DNA of 59,419 nt, the filler included, from Nitrospirota bacterium (lineage in GTDB: Bacteria; JACPQY01): the NCBI GenBank assembly GCA_016180645.1. It is 4 parts of 4 records of this genome, joined end to end, with 100 filler letters (N's around TTAATTAATTAA, not from the genome) between each part and the next. Parts side by side here need not be neighbours in the genome. Positions count along the whole stretch, not along the records: positions 1 to 11,214 come from JACPAV010000026.1; positions 11,315 to 23,982 come from JACPAV010000063.1; 2 more parts are not named here. One strand, 5' to 3'. Of this stretch, positions 10,749 through 20,516 are shown piece after piece. The notes below the pieces were generated by a model. That model worked only from the letters and a program-made list of their open reading frames with translations, did not search any database and was not told the origin of the DNA. Position 1 is the first letter of the stretch; every line of letters starts with the position of its first letter. A program made the translations under genes and the position numbers.

Positions 10749-10961
10749 TCTGTGCCTTGCTCGCCGGGTACCATCCGTGTTCCCGGCTTGAGGAATGTCT
10801 CAACGCCTACGAGCAGAACCGGCCTCCGGGGTTTTGGAAGTTTGCTCGCTGGCTTTTGAAATTAACAACCACTTGACAAGCAGCAACAAGATGGGCTAAA
10901 GCGTTCTCATGCGTCAACGCATGTGGAGTGATGCACGGAGGGTACGGCATGGGGGGAGCAT

Positions 10962-10999
10962 CGGAGAACCCCGGAGAACCCCGGAGAACCCCGGAGAAC
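10962..10999 (+). repeat. 10-bp tandem repeat (CCGGAGAACC) x about 4
   Basis: Directly visible. Confidence 0.85.
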
Positions 11000-11025
11000 T
11001 GATCTGTCCTCGCCAATAAATATTG

Positions 11026-11203
11026 GTAGGCGCGGGCCATGTTACATGCCGCGCCATCCTGGGCGCGGCGACATCTCATGGTCCCATGCCCTCCGTGGCA
11101 TGGGGCTTTACGCCCGCGTCCGAAGACGCACCCATAAAGGGTGCGGCTACCCGAGGCCGGCGCTTCTTGATCTTGGTAGGCGCGGGCTTTACGCCCGCGT
11201 CCG
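11026..11203. repeat. REP mosaic (BIME-like) at contig end
   Basis: Repeated ggtaggcgcggg and gggctttacgcccgcgtcc, plus cgcacccataaagggtgcggctac. Confidence 0.7.
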
Positions 11204-11214
11204 CTCACTCACCA

Positions 11215-11314
11215 NNNNNNNNNNNNNNNNNNNNNNNNNNNNNNNNNNNNNNNNNNNNTTAATTAATTAANNNNNNNNNNNNNNNNNNNNNNNNNNNNNN
11301 NNNNNNNNNNNNNN
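11215..11314. other. Artificial contig linker
   Basis: N run around TTAATTAATTAA (stops in all six frames). Confidence 0.98.
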
Positions 11315-11632
11315 TCCACCCCGAACCCCTTCGGTCGTACCGGCACGAACCCCATTAGCGGCACCCCCTCGGACGCCATCGGCCGCACCACCTCGAACGC
11401 CCTCGCCGTCGATCTCAAGGTCCGCGACTCCGCGCGTGTCGCCTGCGAGCGCGTCGGGATCATCCGATGCCAGCCCGTTGAGCGCCGCCGCCTGAGAAGC
11501 GCTGAGCGGGACCGCCACCTCCAAGATAACGGGATCACCCGACAGCGAATCCTTTTTCGACGTACACGCAGGGGTGAAGAAGAAGGAGGCAACCAAGCCC
11601 GCGGCTGCAAAACGTGTGACACTTGCGTTCAT
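11315..11632 (-). CDS. Lipoprotein, partial (cut by linker), with GVRGG peptide repeats
   Basis: MNASVTRFAAAGLVASFFFTPAC signal peptide; EGVRGGAA DGVRGGAA NGVRAGTT EGVRGG. Confidence 0.6.
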
Positions 11633-11791
11633 GAGCATCCTCCGATCTCCTGACGCCGTTTGAGGCACCTTGACATGATGGGATGCCATCGAAATGACCG
11701 TACTCTCGATGCCGCAGTGGGTCAATCGGGAAAGGCTCGATGGAATTGAATCCTGGACAAGCACGATCTCCATGTGTAAAAATTACCAGCC

Positions 11792-12607
11792 ATGGAGATC
11801 GACGCTTCGGATAGGCCCGCGGGAGGATTTTCAATCGAGCGGTATGTTGAATCCTCGCGGCCGTTGGATTTGGAGGGCATTCAGTGGGAGCAAAGTCGGG
11901 AGTATCCCATCACCCCGGAGGTTGTCCGCGCGGTCACCTATTTCATGGACATCGAATACCAGACGATCAACTATCTCCGTGATCTCTTAGCGGCGGGGGC
12001 GGCCAACGATCCGGAGATCGCCGTGTTTCTTTCCTGTTGGGGGTATGAGGAGATGTTCCACGGTCGCGCATTGGAGACGTTCCTGAAACAGTACGGCATC
12101 GAGGTCGCGCGAGAGCGCCTCGCCGAGGTCCGGCGGACGGTCACGTGGCGGGAGCGGTTCGAAGCCTTTGGAGCCAAGTTGTTGGCGAAGTACAACCGCC
12201 ATTTTCCGGCGTTGTATCTGAGTTGGGGGGCTTCGCAGGAGATTTCGACCCTGATGGGGTATCAGGGGCTCGGACGACGCGCCAACAACCCGATTCTCAC
12301 GGAAATTACCCGCCGAATCATCATGGATGAGTCCCGGCATTTCAGCTTCTACTACCACATGGCCCGAAAACACTTGTCTGATCCCCGGGCGCAGCGGCTC
12401 ACTCGATGGGTCCTCACGCATTTCTGGTCGCCCGTGGGGCAGGGCGTCAAGCCCGACGCGGAAGTTCGCTGGATTCATCGGTTCATCATGGAGGGTGAAT
12501 TCGGGAAATCCGCGATCCGGCACATCGACTCCATCATCAACAAGCTTCCCGGCCTCGATTCGCTCAACATCCTCGACCGCTACACCACCGCTCTCGGTCC
12601 GGCCTGA
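11792..12607 (+). CDS. Ferritin-like di-iron protein (acyl-ACP desaturase-like)
   Basis: DIE...WGYEEMFH...QE...DESRH paired ExxH motifs. Confidence 0.8.
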   Translation: MEIDASDRPAGGFSIERYVESSRPLDLEGIQWEQSREYPITPEVVRAVTYFMDIEYQTINYLRDLLAAGAANDPEIAVFLSCWGYEEMFHGRALETFLKQYGIEVARERLAEVRRTVTWRERFEAFGAKLLAKYNRHFPALYLSWGASQEISTLMGYQGLGRRANNPILTEITRRIIMDESRHFSFYYHMARKHLSDPRAQRLTRWVLTHFWSPVGQGVKPDAEVRWIHRFIMEGEFGKSAIRHIDSIINKLPGLDSLNILDRYTTALGPA

Positions 12608-12634
12608 AGGGCAACAGTCATTTTACGTTCCCGC

Positions 12635-14623
12635 ATGCGCGGGTACGACAATTGGAAGTACAATAGGCCCGTGTTGTATCGCAATTTCACGCTCGATCGA
12701 TTCCAGGAGGAGGCGATCCGGCACATGCAGCAGGGGGCGTCCGTCCTCGTCGCCGCGCCTACCGGTTCGGGAAAGACTTTGATTGCGCAGTATGCGCTTG
12801 AGCAGGCCCTCCTGGAGGGCAAGCGGGCCGTGTACACCGCCCCCGTGAAGGCGCTCAGCAATCAGAAGTTCCGCGAGTTCTCCGCCTTGTGGGGGCATCG
12901 CGTGGGGATTGTCACCGGCGACGTGGCCATCCATCCCCAGGCGGAGATCATCATCATGACCACCGAGATTTTTCGCAACGCGCTGCTCGAATCGACCGAT
13001 CTTCTGGAAAACGTCGGCTGGCTCGTCATGGATGAGATTCATTACATGGACGACCGCGACCGCGGCACGGTGTGGGAGGAGTGTCTCATCCTCGCCCCCG
13101 CGTCCATTCGCCTGGTCTGTCTGAGCGCCACTGTTTCGAATCTGGAAGACATCGGCAAGTGGCTGAAGGCGGTCCGGCCCGAGCGGCCCATCCACGTCGT
13201 CCGTGAATCGACGCGGCCGATTCCACTCGAACCGTCGGTCTTCGTGCCTTCGGTCGGCCTCATGCCGATCAACAAAGTCGGACGGCACATGGTCCGGTTC
13301 GGTAGACGCGGAAAATTCTGGGAGGGACGCCTCATCCTGGACCTCGAAGAAATGGATCGTCTGCCCGGACTGTTTTTCTGTTTCAGCAGGAGGGATGTGG
13401 AATATCTGGCCACCTCAAGGCGGATGCCGGATCTCGGCGCCGGCGTGGCGCATGAGTTGCTCGATGAATACAAGGCGCTGTGTCATCGCTTCGGCCTCCC
13501 GGAGAACATGGGGATGAAAGTGGCACTGGCGAGGGGGACCGCCTATCACCACGCCGGATTGCTTCCCGCGGAAAAAGAAGTGGTGGAAAGGCTTTTCTCG
13601 ACGGGCCGGGTGCGGATGCTTTTCGCAACTGAAACATTCGCAATGGGGGTGCATATGCCTGCGAGAACGGTCATTTTCAGAACGGTTTTCAAGATGGATC
13701 ATTTGCTCCGGGTCAGGGAATTCCAGCAGATGTCCGGCCGGGCCGGCAGGAGGGGACTGGACGAGAAAGGGTACGTCGTTCTCCCTCCCGAGGCCGCCGC
13801 TCTCAGCCGGGATGTGCTTGCCCATTTGGTGGATGGAGAGCCGGAGCCGGTCCAAAGCCGGTTCAAACTGTCCTACGGAACAATCCTGCACCTTTACGAA
13901 ACGTTGGGTGACCGCATTTTCGAGATCCTTCAAAGTTCGTTCCTACACTACGATGGAACCCACAAACGGGATGTTGGGTTTGCGGAGCGCGAGGTGAAAC
14001 AGCGGCTGCGGCTGCTCGAAACGCTGGGCTATATCAAAGGGGGGATCGTTACCCGAAAAGGGGAATTTGCCTCACGTCTTTACGGATTCGAGATGACGCT
14101 GTCGGAGGCTTTTCATCAGGGGAATCTGAAGCGGATTTCGGGAGAGGAGATTGCGGTGCTGGCATGCAGCATTGCGTACGAGGGCGACCAGGACATGACC
14201 CGGTTCCGATTGCCTCCGGGCGTGCCGTTCCGGAAGGAGTTCAAAAACGTGTGGGGAATTGCGGACGATCTGCGCCGACTGGAATACTCGCTCCGGATTT
14301 TTCCGCCGGTGCGACTGCTGGATTTCGGCATGGGCCCCGCCTTGTACACCTGGATGAACACGGGTGATTTTCAGACGGCGGCGTTGAAATCCGAGAGGGA
14401 TCCGGGCGACTTGGTGCGGGTTTTCCGGCTGACGGTGCAAATCCTCCGCGATCTCAAGGAGGCGTGCGACGATTCCGAATTGCGCGAGCGGATGGGCCAC
14501 GCCATCTCCAGAATTTCCCGCGGCGTCGTCGATCCCAAGGCCGAGCTCCTGGCGGGAATGGAGGCTGCACCCATTGCAGGAGAGCTTGCCGGCGCTGCAC
14601 CTGGCCCCAGCCGTGCGATGTAG
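12635..14623 (+). CDS. Ski2/HelY-like DEAD/DEAH-box RNA helicase
   Basis: APTGSGKT, PVKALSNQK, DEIHY, LSAT, HHAGLLP, ATETFAMG, QMSGRAGRRG. Confidence 0.93.
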   Translation: MRGYDNWKYNRPVLYRNFTLDRFQEEAIRHMQQGASVLVAAPTGSGKTLIAQYALEQALLEGKRAVYTAPVKALSNQKFREFSALWGHRVGIVTGDVAIHPQAEIIIMTTEIFRNALLESTDLLENVGWLVMDEIHYMDDRDRGTVWEECLILAPASIRLVCLSATVSNLEDIGKWLKAVRPERPIHVVRESTRPIPLEPSVFVPSVGLMPINKVGRHMVRFGRRGKFWEGRLILDLEEMDRLPGLFFCFSRRDVEYLATSRRMPDLGAGVAHELLDEYKALCHRFGLPENMGMKVALARGTAYHHAGLLPAEKEVVERLFSTGRVRMLFATETFAMGVHMPARTVIFRTVFKMDHLLRVREFQQMSGRAGRRGLDEKGYVVLPPEAAALSRDVLAHLVDGEPEPVQSRFKLSYGTILHLYETLGDRIFEILQSSFLHYDGTHKRDVGFAEREVKQRLRLLETLGYIKGGIVTRKGEFASRLYGFEMTLSEAFHQGNLKRISGEEIAVLACSIAYEGDQDMTRFRLPPGVPFRKEFKNVWGIADDLRRLEYSLRIFPPVRLLDFGMGPALYTWMNTGDFQTAALKSERDPGDLVRVFRLTVQILRDLKEACDDSELRERMGHAISRISRGVVDPKAELLAGMEAAPIAGELAGAAPGPSRAM

Positions 14624-15596
14624 GACTTCCATTCTCCTGTGCTTGGCGGTGCTGGCTTCCTGCGGGAAGCAGACGCCGCAGGTCCTTCTGATCATCGACG
14701 ACGATGTCTCCATCGGCGAGTCGGCCCAGGCGAACGGGTCGTATTTCCTGGGTGGCTTCGGGACGGGCTTCGGGGAGATCGACGGGGGCCTCGAGATCGT
14801 CTACGCGGTCAACTCCCCTGGCGTGAAGCTGCTGGGAGTGACCACGGTCTTCGGAAATACCTGGGTGGATTACGCGGTGGAGTCATCGCACGAGCTGCTG
14901 AACAAGATGGGCCGGAAAGAGATCCCGGTTCTCCGCGGCGCGGAAAGTCCACAGGACTTGGGCCGCTCGACCGAGGCGTCGGAATTCATTGTCCGCACCG
15001 CGCGGGAGAATCCCGGAGAAGTGGTCTTGGTTGCCTCGGGACCCGTGACGAATATCGCCACGGCGCTCCGGGAAGATCCCGATCTGTTTCGGCGAGTCCG
15101 AAGTTTCTACTACCTCGGTGGCTTCCTTGATCCTCAGAGATTCCCGTTCATGATCGATTTCAACACGGCGGGTGATCCGGATGCGGCCGACCTCGTGCTG
15201 GCCGAAGGAGAGGGGGTCAATCTCGGCCCGGACAGCGTCACGTTCGGCGCCCCGTTCCGATACGATGATTTGGACTATCTGCGTGGCCTCGGCACGGAGA
15301 TGTCCGCGTATCTGGCACTCAAGATCGAACCCTGGATCGCGGCGCAATCGCTCGTGTTCGGCATCAAGGGGTTCTATCCCTCGGACATGGCCGGACTTGC
15401 GGTGGTCTTGGAACCGGATCTAGCCCAGAGCGTGGAGGAGCGGGGTCTTCGTGTGGATGTGGAGGGAACTCCCCTCTACAATCTCCCGAAGGGGCGGGTC
15501 TGGATCGTTCCCGATTCCAGCCGCGCTCCCGTGCGGATATGGCAGAACATTCGCGCCGAGGAGGCGCGGAAGAGATATCGAGAGCGGTTGCGTTGA
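14574..15596 (+). CDS. Nucleoside hydrolase (IUNH family), probable lipoprotein
   Basis: LASC lipobox, IIDDD, VTTVFGN, GPVTNIA, FNTAGDPDAA; start uncertain. Confidence 0.8.
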   Translation: MQESLPALHLAPAVRCRTSILLCLAVLASCGKQTPQVLLIIDDDVSIGESAQANGSYFLGGFGTGFGEIDGGLEIVYAVNSPGVKLLGVTTVFGNTWVDYAVESSHELLNKMGRKEIPVLRGAESPQDLGRSTEASEFIVRTARENPGEVVLVASGPVTNIATALREDPDLFRRVRSFYYLGGFLDPQRFPFMIDFNTAGDPDAADLVLAEGEGVNLGPDSVTFGAPFRYDDLDYLRGLGTEMSAYLALKIEPWIAAQSLVFGIKGFYPSDMAGLAVVLEPDLAQSVEERGLRVDVEGTPLYNLPKGRVWIVPDSSRAPVRIWQNIRAEEARKRYRERLR

Positions 15597-15680
15597 CGGG
15601 ACCGCCTCCCGGTCGCAGTTGACTATTGCGACGAGTTCCCTACACTGCTCCCGGCTTGCGGCTCACGACTGGCGAATCCT

Positions 15681-15757
15681 GGGGACGTAGTGCAGCCTGG
15701 TTTTAACACGTCGCCCTGTCAAGGCGAAGATCGCGGGTTCAAATCCCGTCGTCCCCG
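15681..15757 (+). tRNA. tRNA-Asp(GTC)
   Basis: GGGGACG acceptor stem pairs with CGTCCCC; anticodon arm TCGCC-CTGTCAA-GGCGA; GTTCAAATC T-loop; CCA not encoded. Confidence 0.95.
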
Positions 15758-15869
15758 CGGTGATTGTGGGCACTTGCGCCCAATCTGCAAAAGGGCCGGT
15801 TGACCCGTGTGGGGCCGGTGTGGGGACGACCGGAGAAAAACTGGGCTCTTCAGTTACCCGGCGCGGGCT

Positions 15870-16304
15870 ACAAAAGCTCCCATGCCAACCGCCCGAAAGG
15901 GACTGGCGGTAACAGAATTGAACGGCAAGCCGTATGCCCTTGGTGGCGACCTATTGTCTCCCACGGCGCTCACCACGAACGAGGAGTACGACCCCGGAAC
16001 GAACGCGTGGTCGGCAAAAGCATCGCTGCCAGGAAACAACCCGCAAGTGGCGGTTGCCGCGTTGGACGGAAAGATCTATGCGCTGGATGGTTTTGTCGCC
16101 GGGTTAACGATAAGCTCGGCATCGGTTTACAACCAAGCAACCAACACTTGGTCGGCCATTGCCTCTCTCCTCCAAGAGAGATCCTGGGCGACGGCATCTG
16201 CAGCAGGCGGCAAGATCTATCTTTTGGGCGGACGGAATTCCGGGTCCACCGCGGCCACGTTGTTGACTTTTGACCCGTCCTTCCCTACACTTCCGCGGTC
16301 ATGA
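15870..16304 (+). pseudogene. Kelch-repeat protein fragment (about 3 blades)
   Basis: APMPTAR...YALGG...EEYDP..W and GKIYLLGG repeats; too few blades for a full propeller and no credible start. Confidence 0.6.
16263..16291 (+). promoter_or_regulatory. Sigma-70 promoter of rplM-rpsI
   Basis: TTGACT-N17-TACACT ending 9 nt before the rplM ATG. Confidence 0.65.
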
Positions 16305-16705
16305 AGGACGAAACCGCTTGGCACTTGGTCGACGCCGATGGGAAGGTCGTTGGACGGCTGGCTTCTCGCGTCGCCCAAATCTTGCGCGGCAAACACAAGG
16401 CCACGTTTTCTCCCCATCTCGTGGAAGGCGACCATGTCGTGATCGTCAATGCCGAGAAGGTGCGATTCACGGGCGACAAGTGGAATGCCAAGGAATACCG
16501 GCACCACTCGGGCTATCCGCGTGGGTACAAGGCGGTCAACGCGGAGACGATGAGAAAGCGTCATCCTGAAAGGATCCTTCTGGAGGCGGTGTCCGGCATG
16601 CTGCCCAAGAACAAGCTTCGCAAGGTCATGATGTCCCACCTCAAGGTTTACGCCGGCCCGAGCCATCCGCATTCGGCCCAGCAGCCCAAGCCTTTGGCGC
16701 TCTGA
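16301..16705 (+). CDS. rplM: 50S ribosomal protein L13
   Basis: [47 protein letters not shown]. Confidence 0.97.
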   Translation: MKDETAWHLVDADGKVVGRLASRVAQILRGKHKATFSPHLVEGDHVVIVNAEKVRFTGDKWNAKEYRHHSGYPRGYKAVNAETMRKRHPERILLEAVSGMLPKNKLRKVMMSHLKVYAGPSHPHSAQQPKPLAL

Positions 16706-17142
16706 TGGAGCAGACGGAAGCGGCGGTTCCAGAGCGCGCTGAGCCGGCGCCGGGAGGGTCCGTTCACGCCGTTGGCAAGCGCAAGACCGCGGTTGCGCGG
16801 GTTTACCTCATCCCAGGCAAGGGAGAGATCCAGGTCAACAAGAAACCGTTCGAGCGCTATTTCGGCACACCGGCCGCGTACAAGTCGATTGTGCACATCC
16901 CCTTCAAGGTGACCAAGACTGAAAACCTGTACGACGTGAAAGTGAATGTCCGTGGTGGGGGAACCTCGGCCCAAGCGCAGGCCATCCGTCATGGGATTGC
17001 GCGCGCTTTGACCCAAATCAGCGATGATTTCCACGTCCCCCTGAAAAGGGCGGGACTCCTCACGCGCGATCCCCGGATGGTCGAGCGCAAGAAATACGGT
17101 CGGCACAAGGCCCGGCGCGGCTTCCAGTGGACGAAGCGGTAA
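16705..17142 (+). CDS. rpsI: 30S ribosomal protein S9
   Basis: [43 protein letters not shown]. Confidence 0.98.
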   Translation: MEQTEAAVPERAEPAPGGSVHAVGKRKTAVARVYLIPGKGEIQVNKKPFERYFGTPAAYKSIVHIPFKVTKTENLYDVKVNVRGGGTSAQAQAIRHGIARALTQISDDFHVPLKRAGLLTRDPRMVERKKYGRHKARRGFQWTKR

Positions 17143-17181
17143 GCCGGGTTTCCTTCCTCGCTGTCCTGACGGATTCCTCTC

Positions 17182-18261
17182 ATGCCTCGCGGTAAGACGG
17201 CGCCGCGCACTCGCCCCAAGGCGTCCCCCGTCTGCCCGAAGATCCGCGTGGCGGTTTGCGGGGCGGCGGGCTTCACGGGCTTTGAGCTGCTTCGAATCCT
17301 TCTGGCCCACCCGAAGGCCGAAGTGACGCTGGCCACATCCGAGCAGGACGCCGGCAAGTCGGTTTCGGAGAGCCATCCCGTTCTGCGGGGGCGAACGGAC
17401 CTGCGTCTGGAACACCTCGATTTGCTACAACAGACTTCCCGCGCGGACGTTTTCTTTTTGGCCCTTCCGAACGGGCAGGCGATGCAGATGGCTCCACAGC
17501 TTCTGGCAGCGGGAAAGAAGGTCATTGATCTGGGCGCGGATTTCCGGATACGCGATTTGGCGCTCTTTCGTAAATTCTACGGGAACCACTCGTCCCCCGA
17601 ATTGGTGCGGAAAGCGGTCTACGGGCTGTGTGAGCTGCATCGCCCCCGAATCGTCCAGGCGTCGCTCGTGGCCAATCCGGGGTGCTATGCGACGTCGGCC
17701 ATCCTGGCCCTCGCGCCTCTATTGGAGGCCGGCGTGATCGAGGGGGACGGGATCACCGTGTTCGCCGCTTCCGGCGTTTCGGGGGCAGGCCGGCGAACGG
17801 GGGACGACAAGAGTTTCGTCGCGGTCAACGAAGGATTCCATGCCTACAATCCCGTGACCCATCGGCACCGACCGGAAATTGAGCAGGAGCTCGAAGCGGC
17901 CTTGGGCAAGAGCGTGCATTTGTCTTTCATTCCCCACTTGTTGCCCCTCACGCGCGGCATATTGGCGACTATTTCCGCGCGATCCGCCTCGAAGTCCGGC
18001 GCCGCCGCGGCCACCGAAGTCTTGGAGAAGGCCTATCGCCATAGCCCGTTCATCCGTCTTCGAGTCCTGGAAACGACCTCTCCCAATGTTCTTGACGTCC
18101 AAGGCACGAATTTCTGCGACCTCGGCGTCATCGAGGACCGCAGCTCCGGGCGTCTTCTGATTTTCTCGGCCTTGGACAACCTGATCAAGGGCGCTTCCGG
18201 GCAGGCCGTGCAAAACATGAACCTCATGTGCGGCCTCGACGAAACGACCGGCCTGCTGTAG
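17182..18261 (+). CDS. argC: N-acetyl-gamma-glutamyl-phosphate reductase
   Basis: GAAGFTG, DLGADFR, ANPGCYAT, SGVSGAG, DNLIKGASGQAVQNMN. Confidence 0.96.
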   Translation: MPRGKTAPRTRPKASPVCPKIRVAVCGAAGFTGFELLRILLAHPKAEVTLATSEQDAGKSVSESHPVLRGRTDLRLEHLDLLQQTSRADVFFLALPNGQAMQMAPQLLAAGKKVIDLGADFRIRDLALFRKFYGNHSSPELVRKAVYGLCELHRPRIVQASLVANPGCYATSAILALAPLLEAGVIEGDGITVFAASGVSGAGRRTGDDKSFVAVNEGFHAYNPVTHRHRPEIEQELEAALGKSVHLSFIPHLLPLTRGILATISARSASKSGAAAATEVLEKAYRHSPFIRLRVLETTSPNVLDVQGTNFCDLGVIEDRSSGRLLIFSALDNLIKGASGQAVQNMNLMCGLDETTGLL

Positions 18262-18340
18262 GAATTCTGCTGCGCCCTTCCCGCCATTTATGCCTGATGC
18301 GTATGGCCTAATCCACACTCTTAGGCAAGATACCATACAT

Positions 18341-18459
18341 CTCGGGCCATCGTGGCCACTCGACACTTGCGCAAGGACCATACATCCGTGTGGCCCTTGC
18401 GCTACAACCTCGGGCCATCGTGGCCACTCGACACTTGCGCAAGGACCATACATCCGTGT
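18341..18459 (+). repeat. 51-bp perfect direct repeat x2 (period 68) abutting the tmRNA 3' end
   Basis: ctcgggccatcgtggccactcgacacttgcgcaaggaccatacatccgtgt at 18341 and 18409. Confidence 0.9.
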
Positions 18460-18460
18460 A

Positions 18461-18807
18461 TGGAGGCGCCGGGAGTCGAACCCGGGTCCGAGGATACGCG
18501 GGGAAGGACGCCTACGTGCGTGTTCGGTGTTTTATTTTGTCCCGCCGTCCCCCACCGACAGGGTGCGGCGGGACTAGGTCCCAGTATTATCTCGATCGTC
18601 GCCCTGAGTCCGCGACGCCGACCTATCCCGCATTGTAACGCCCGTTCCAAGCCGGCAGGAGCGACCTGGGCGGACGCCTCAGCAGCTAACTAAGCCGCGA
18701 GAGGGAGTGCCGTTGTTTCGGCGTTTGTTGGTTCTCCCCCACTTACCCGGAGAGAGTTAGGGCACGCCATCTTTCCTGTTGTATCCGCGTCGAAACCATA
18801 CGCCCCC
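18461..18807 (-). ncRNA. ssrA: tmRNA, tag peptide (A)AETTALPLAA*
   Basis: 5' GGGGGCGTATGGTTTCGAC and 3' GGGTTCGACTCCCGGCGCCTCCA with G3:U70; internal GCC GAA ACA ACG GCA CTC CCT CTC GCG GCT TAG; TATACT upstream. Confidence 0.95.
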
Positions 18808-18950
18808 ATCCGGATAGTATACCGTGAATCGTGAGGCGTGAGTAGTGAGTTGCGAGCAGCGCAGTCGTGAGGAAGAAGGGGCGGAAGGTGAAGACGTCGA
18901 GGAGAGTACTGTCAATGAACGAGGCCCTCTGGTAGAGTGGCTGGGAGGGT

Positions 18951-20186
18951 ATGTTTCGGCATTCCATAGCGCGTCCGTTGGCCTGTCTGCTTACGGCCAC
19001 AGCGATCCTTGTTACGGACAAGGTCGCGGGCGCGCAGGAGGCGCAGGAGAGCAACGCGGCGGCTTTGCTGTCAATGGCGGACAAGGCCGTCGAGGTGGGC
19101 AACCTTGAGGTGGCCAAGGATCTCTACGAACGGATCTTGCGAGAGCATGGGGACACGCGCGAGGCGGCAGCCGCGGTGAGGGCGCTTTCCATCCTTGCGG
19201 CGATCGAGGCGGAGCTGAAGGCCAAACTTGAGGGAGAAGAAGGGGAGGGCGCGGCGATCGCGGAGAACGATCGGAAGAAAATCGTCATCTTCCGTCGCGA
19301 ACCGTATTCGTTGCTCACCAGGGAGCGGGTTCGACTCTCCACCTGGGAGAAGATTGATTTCGGGGTGACCGCGTTCACGTACGGGGCGTCCTTGGGATTC
19401 TCCTATTCCATTGCGGGGGGATCGGATGATTCCCCCCCTATGGGGCCTGTGGTGTTTGGCGCACTGGTGTATACACTGGGTTCACTGCTCTATCTTCACG
19501 AGGGGAATCCCGGCCGAGGAGACCTGCCGCTTGTTTTAGGCATCACGTCTTACGTGCCTACGACCGCGCTTTTGGCGTCGAATCTTGGGCGAAACGGCCT
19601 TTCTGCCGAGAATACGTCCCTCATCGTGGCGCTTTCGGGAACGGCTTCCGTGCCGATGGCGCTCTATTCGGCCTACCGGTTCGATCCGGACCCGGGAGAT
19701 GCGCAGTTGGTAAGAGATGCCGGCTTTTGGGGAATGATCCTGGGAATGACGGGCATGATGGGTTTCGGCGGGGAGACGTGCCGCGATTGCCGCTATGAGG
19801 AATACGATGAGCCGTCCGCGCGGGCGGTTTCGGCAGCCGGGCTGGCCGGATTGTACGGAGGGATCACCTTGGGAGTCTTGGCTGCCCGAGGTACGGAGCC
19901 GTCATTGGAGCGGATTCGCATTGCCACGTGGGCGGGCTACGGCGGAGGTGTGCTGGGGCTATTGCTCTCTACCGAGAGCGACGAGCCCGCGGCGTGGCGG
20001 GGTCTCACGATTGGCGCGGCGGGAGGGCTTGCTCTCGCGTATGCCTTGGCCGCAGGAGTGGATCCGATTCCGCCTGAAACGCCGCTCCTCGGTTGCTTAT
20101 CGGCTGTCCAGCCAGTCGTGGCGCCGGTTGTCGGGAAGGATGGGAACCCGGCATGGTCGATCGGCTTGCGTTGGTCTCGCCGCTAG
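18951..20186 (+). CDS. Exported/membrane protein with N-terminal TPR-like helix pair and Gly-rich hydrophobic helices
   Basis: Signal peptide, AKDLYERILREHGDT, several GxxxG hydrophobic segments. Confidence 0.7.
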   Translation: MFRHSIARPLACLLTATAILVTDKVAGAQEAQESNAAALLSMADKAVEVGNLEVAKDLYERILREHGDTREAAAAVRALSILAAIEAELKAKLEGEEGEGAAIAENDRKKIVIFRREPYSLLTRERVRLSTWEKIDFGVTAFTYGASLGFSYSIAGGSDDSPPMGPVVFGALVYTLGSLLYLHEGNPGRGDLPLVLGITSYVPTTALLASNLGRNGLSAENTSLIVALSGTASVPMALYSAYRFDPDPGDAQLVRDAGFWGMILGMTGMMGFGGETCRDCRYEEYDEPSARAVSAAGLAGLYGGITLGVLAARGTEPSLERIRIATWAGYGGGVLGLLLSTESDEPAAWRGLTIGAAGGLALAYALAAGVDPIPPETPLLGCLSAVQPVVAPVVGKDGNPAWSIGLRWSRR

Positions 20187-20277
20187 CTCACAGCCCGAAC
20201 GGTTTCCAGAGCGGAAGAGGGGGAGGAGGCTTCCCCCCTCCCCAGTGTAAGATTTGGGAGGGACGGGGGATGCCCTG

Positions 20278-20343
20278 TTATGCGAGATTGATGACGGGCA
20301 CCGGGGTGGATTTGTTCACCGTTGACCCGTCGCCGAGTTGGCC
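20278..20343 (-). repeat. Orphan 66-bp variant copy of an RCC1 gene 3' end
   Basis: Encodes GQLGDGSTVNKSTPVPVINLA*; the upstream gene ends GQLGDGTTVNRLTPVPVTNLP*. Confidence 0.85.
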
Positions 20344-20425
20344 GGGAAAGTGGAATGTCCCCTTTTCCATTACGCGCCCGGCGCGAGGGCCGGCCCAGGA
20401 GGACCGGTAGGTTATCCCAAGAAGA

Positions 20426-20502
20426 GGGAGCAGCTAAAGCTGCTCCCCTACGAAGTCGCCCCTACGAAGTCTCCTCCTACGAAGTCGCCCCTACGAAGTC
20501 TC
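20426..20502. repeat. GTAG-REP followed by short CCTACGAAGTC tandem units (x4)
   Basis: gggagcagctaaagctgctcccctac then cctacgaagtc repeated. Confidence 0.8.
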
Positions 20503-20516
20503 GTCTGATCGCAGGT

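Noticed and set aside
10962-10999. 10-bp tandem repeat as a phase-variation switch or iterons
   Set aside because: No credible linked gene or rep gene before the contig break.
18341-18459. Possible CRISPR array (also 20447-20502 and the RCC1 DNA repeats)
   Set aside because: Only two units or no unique spacers, the RCC1 repeats are in-frame coding, and no cas genes are present.
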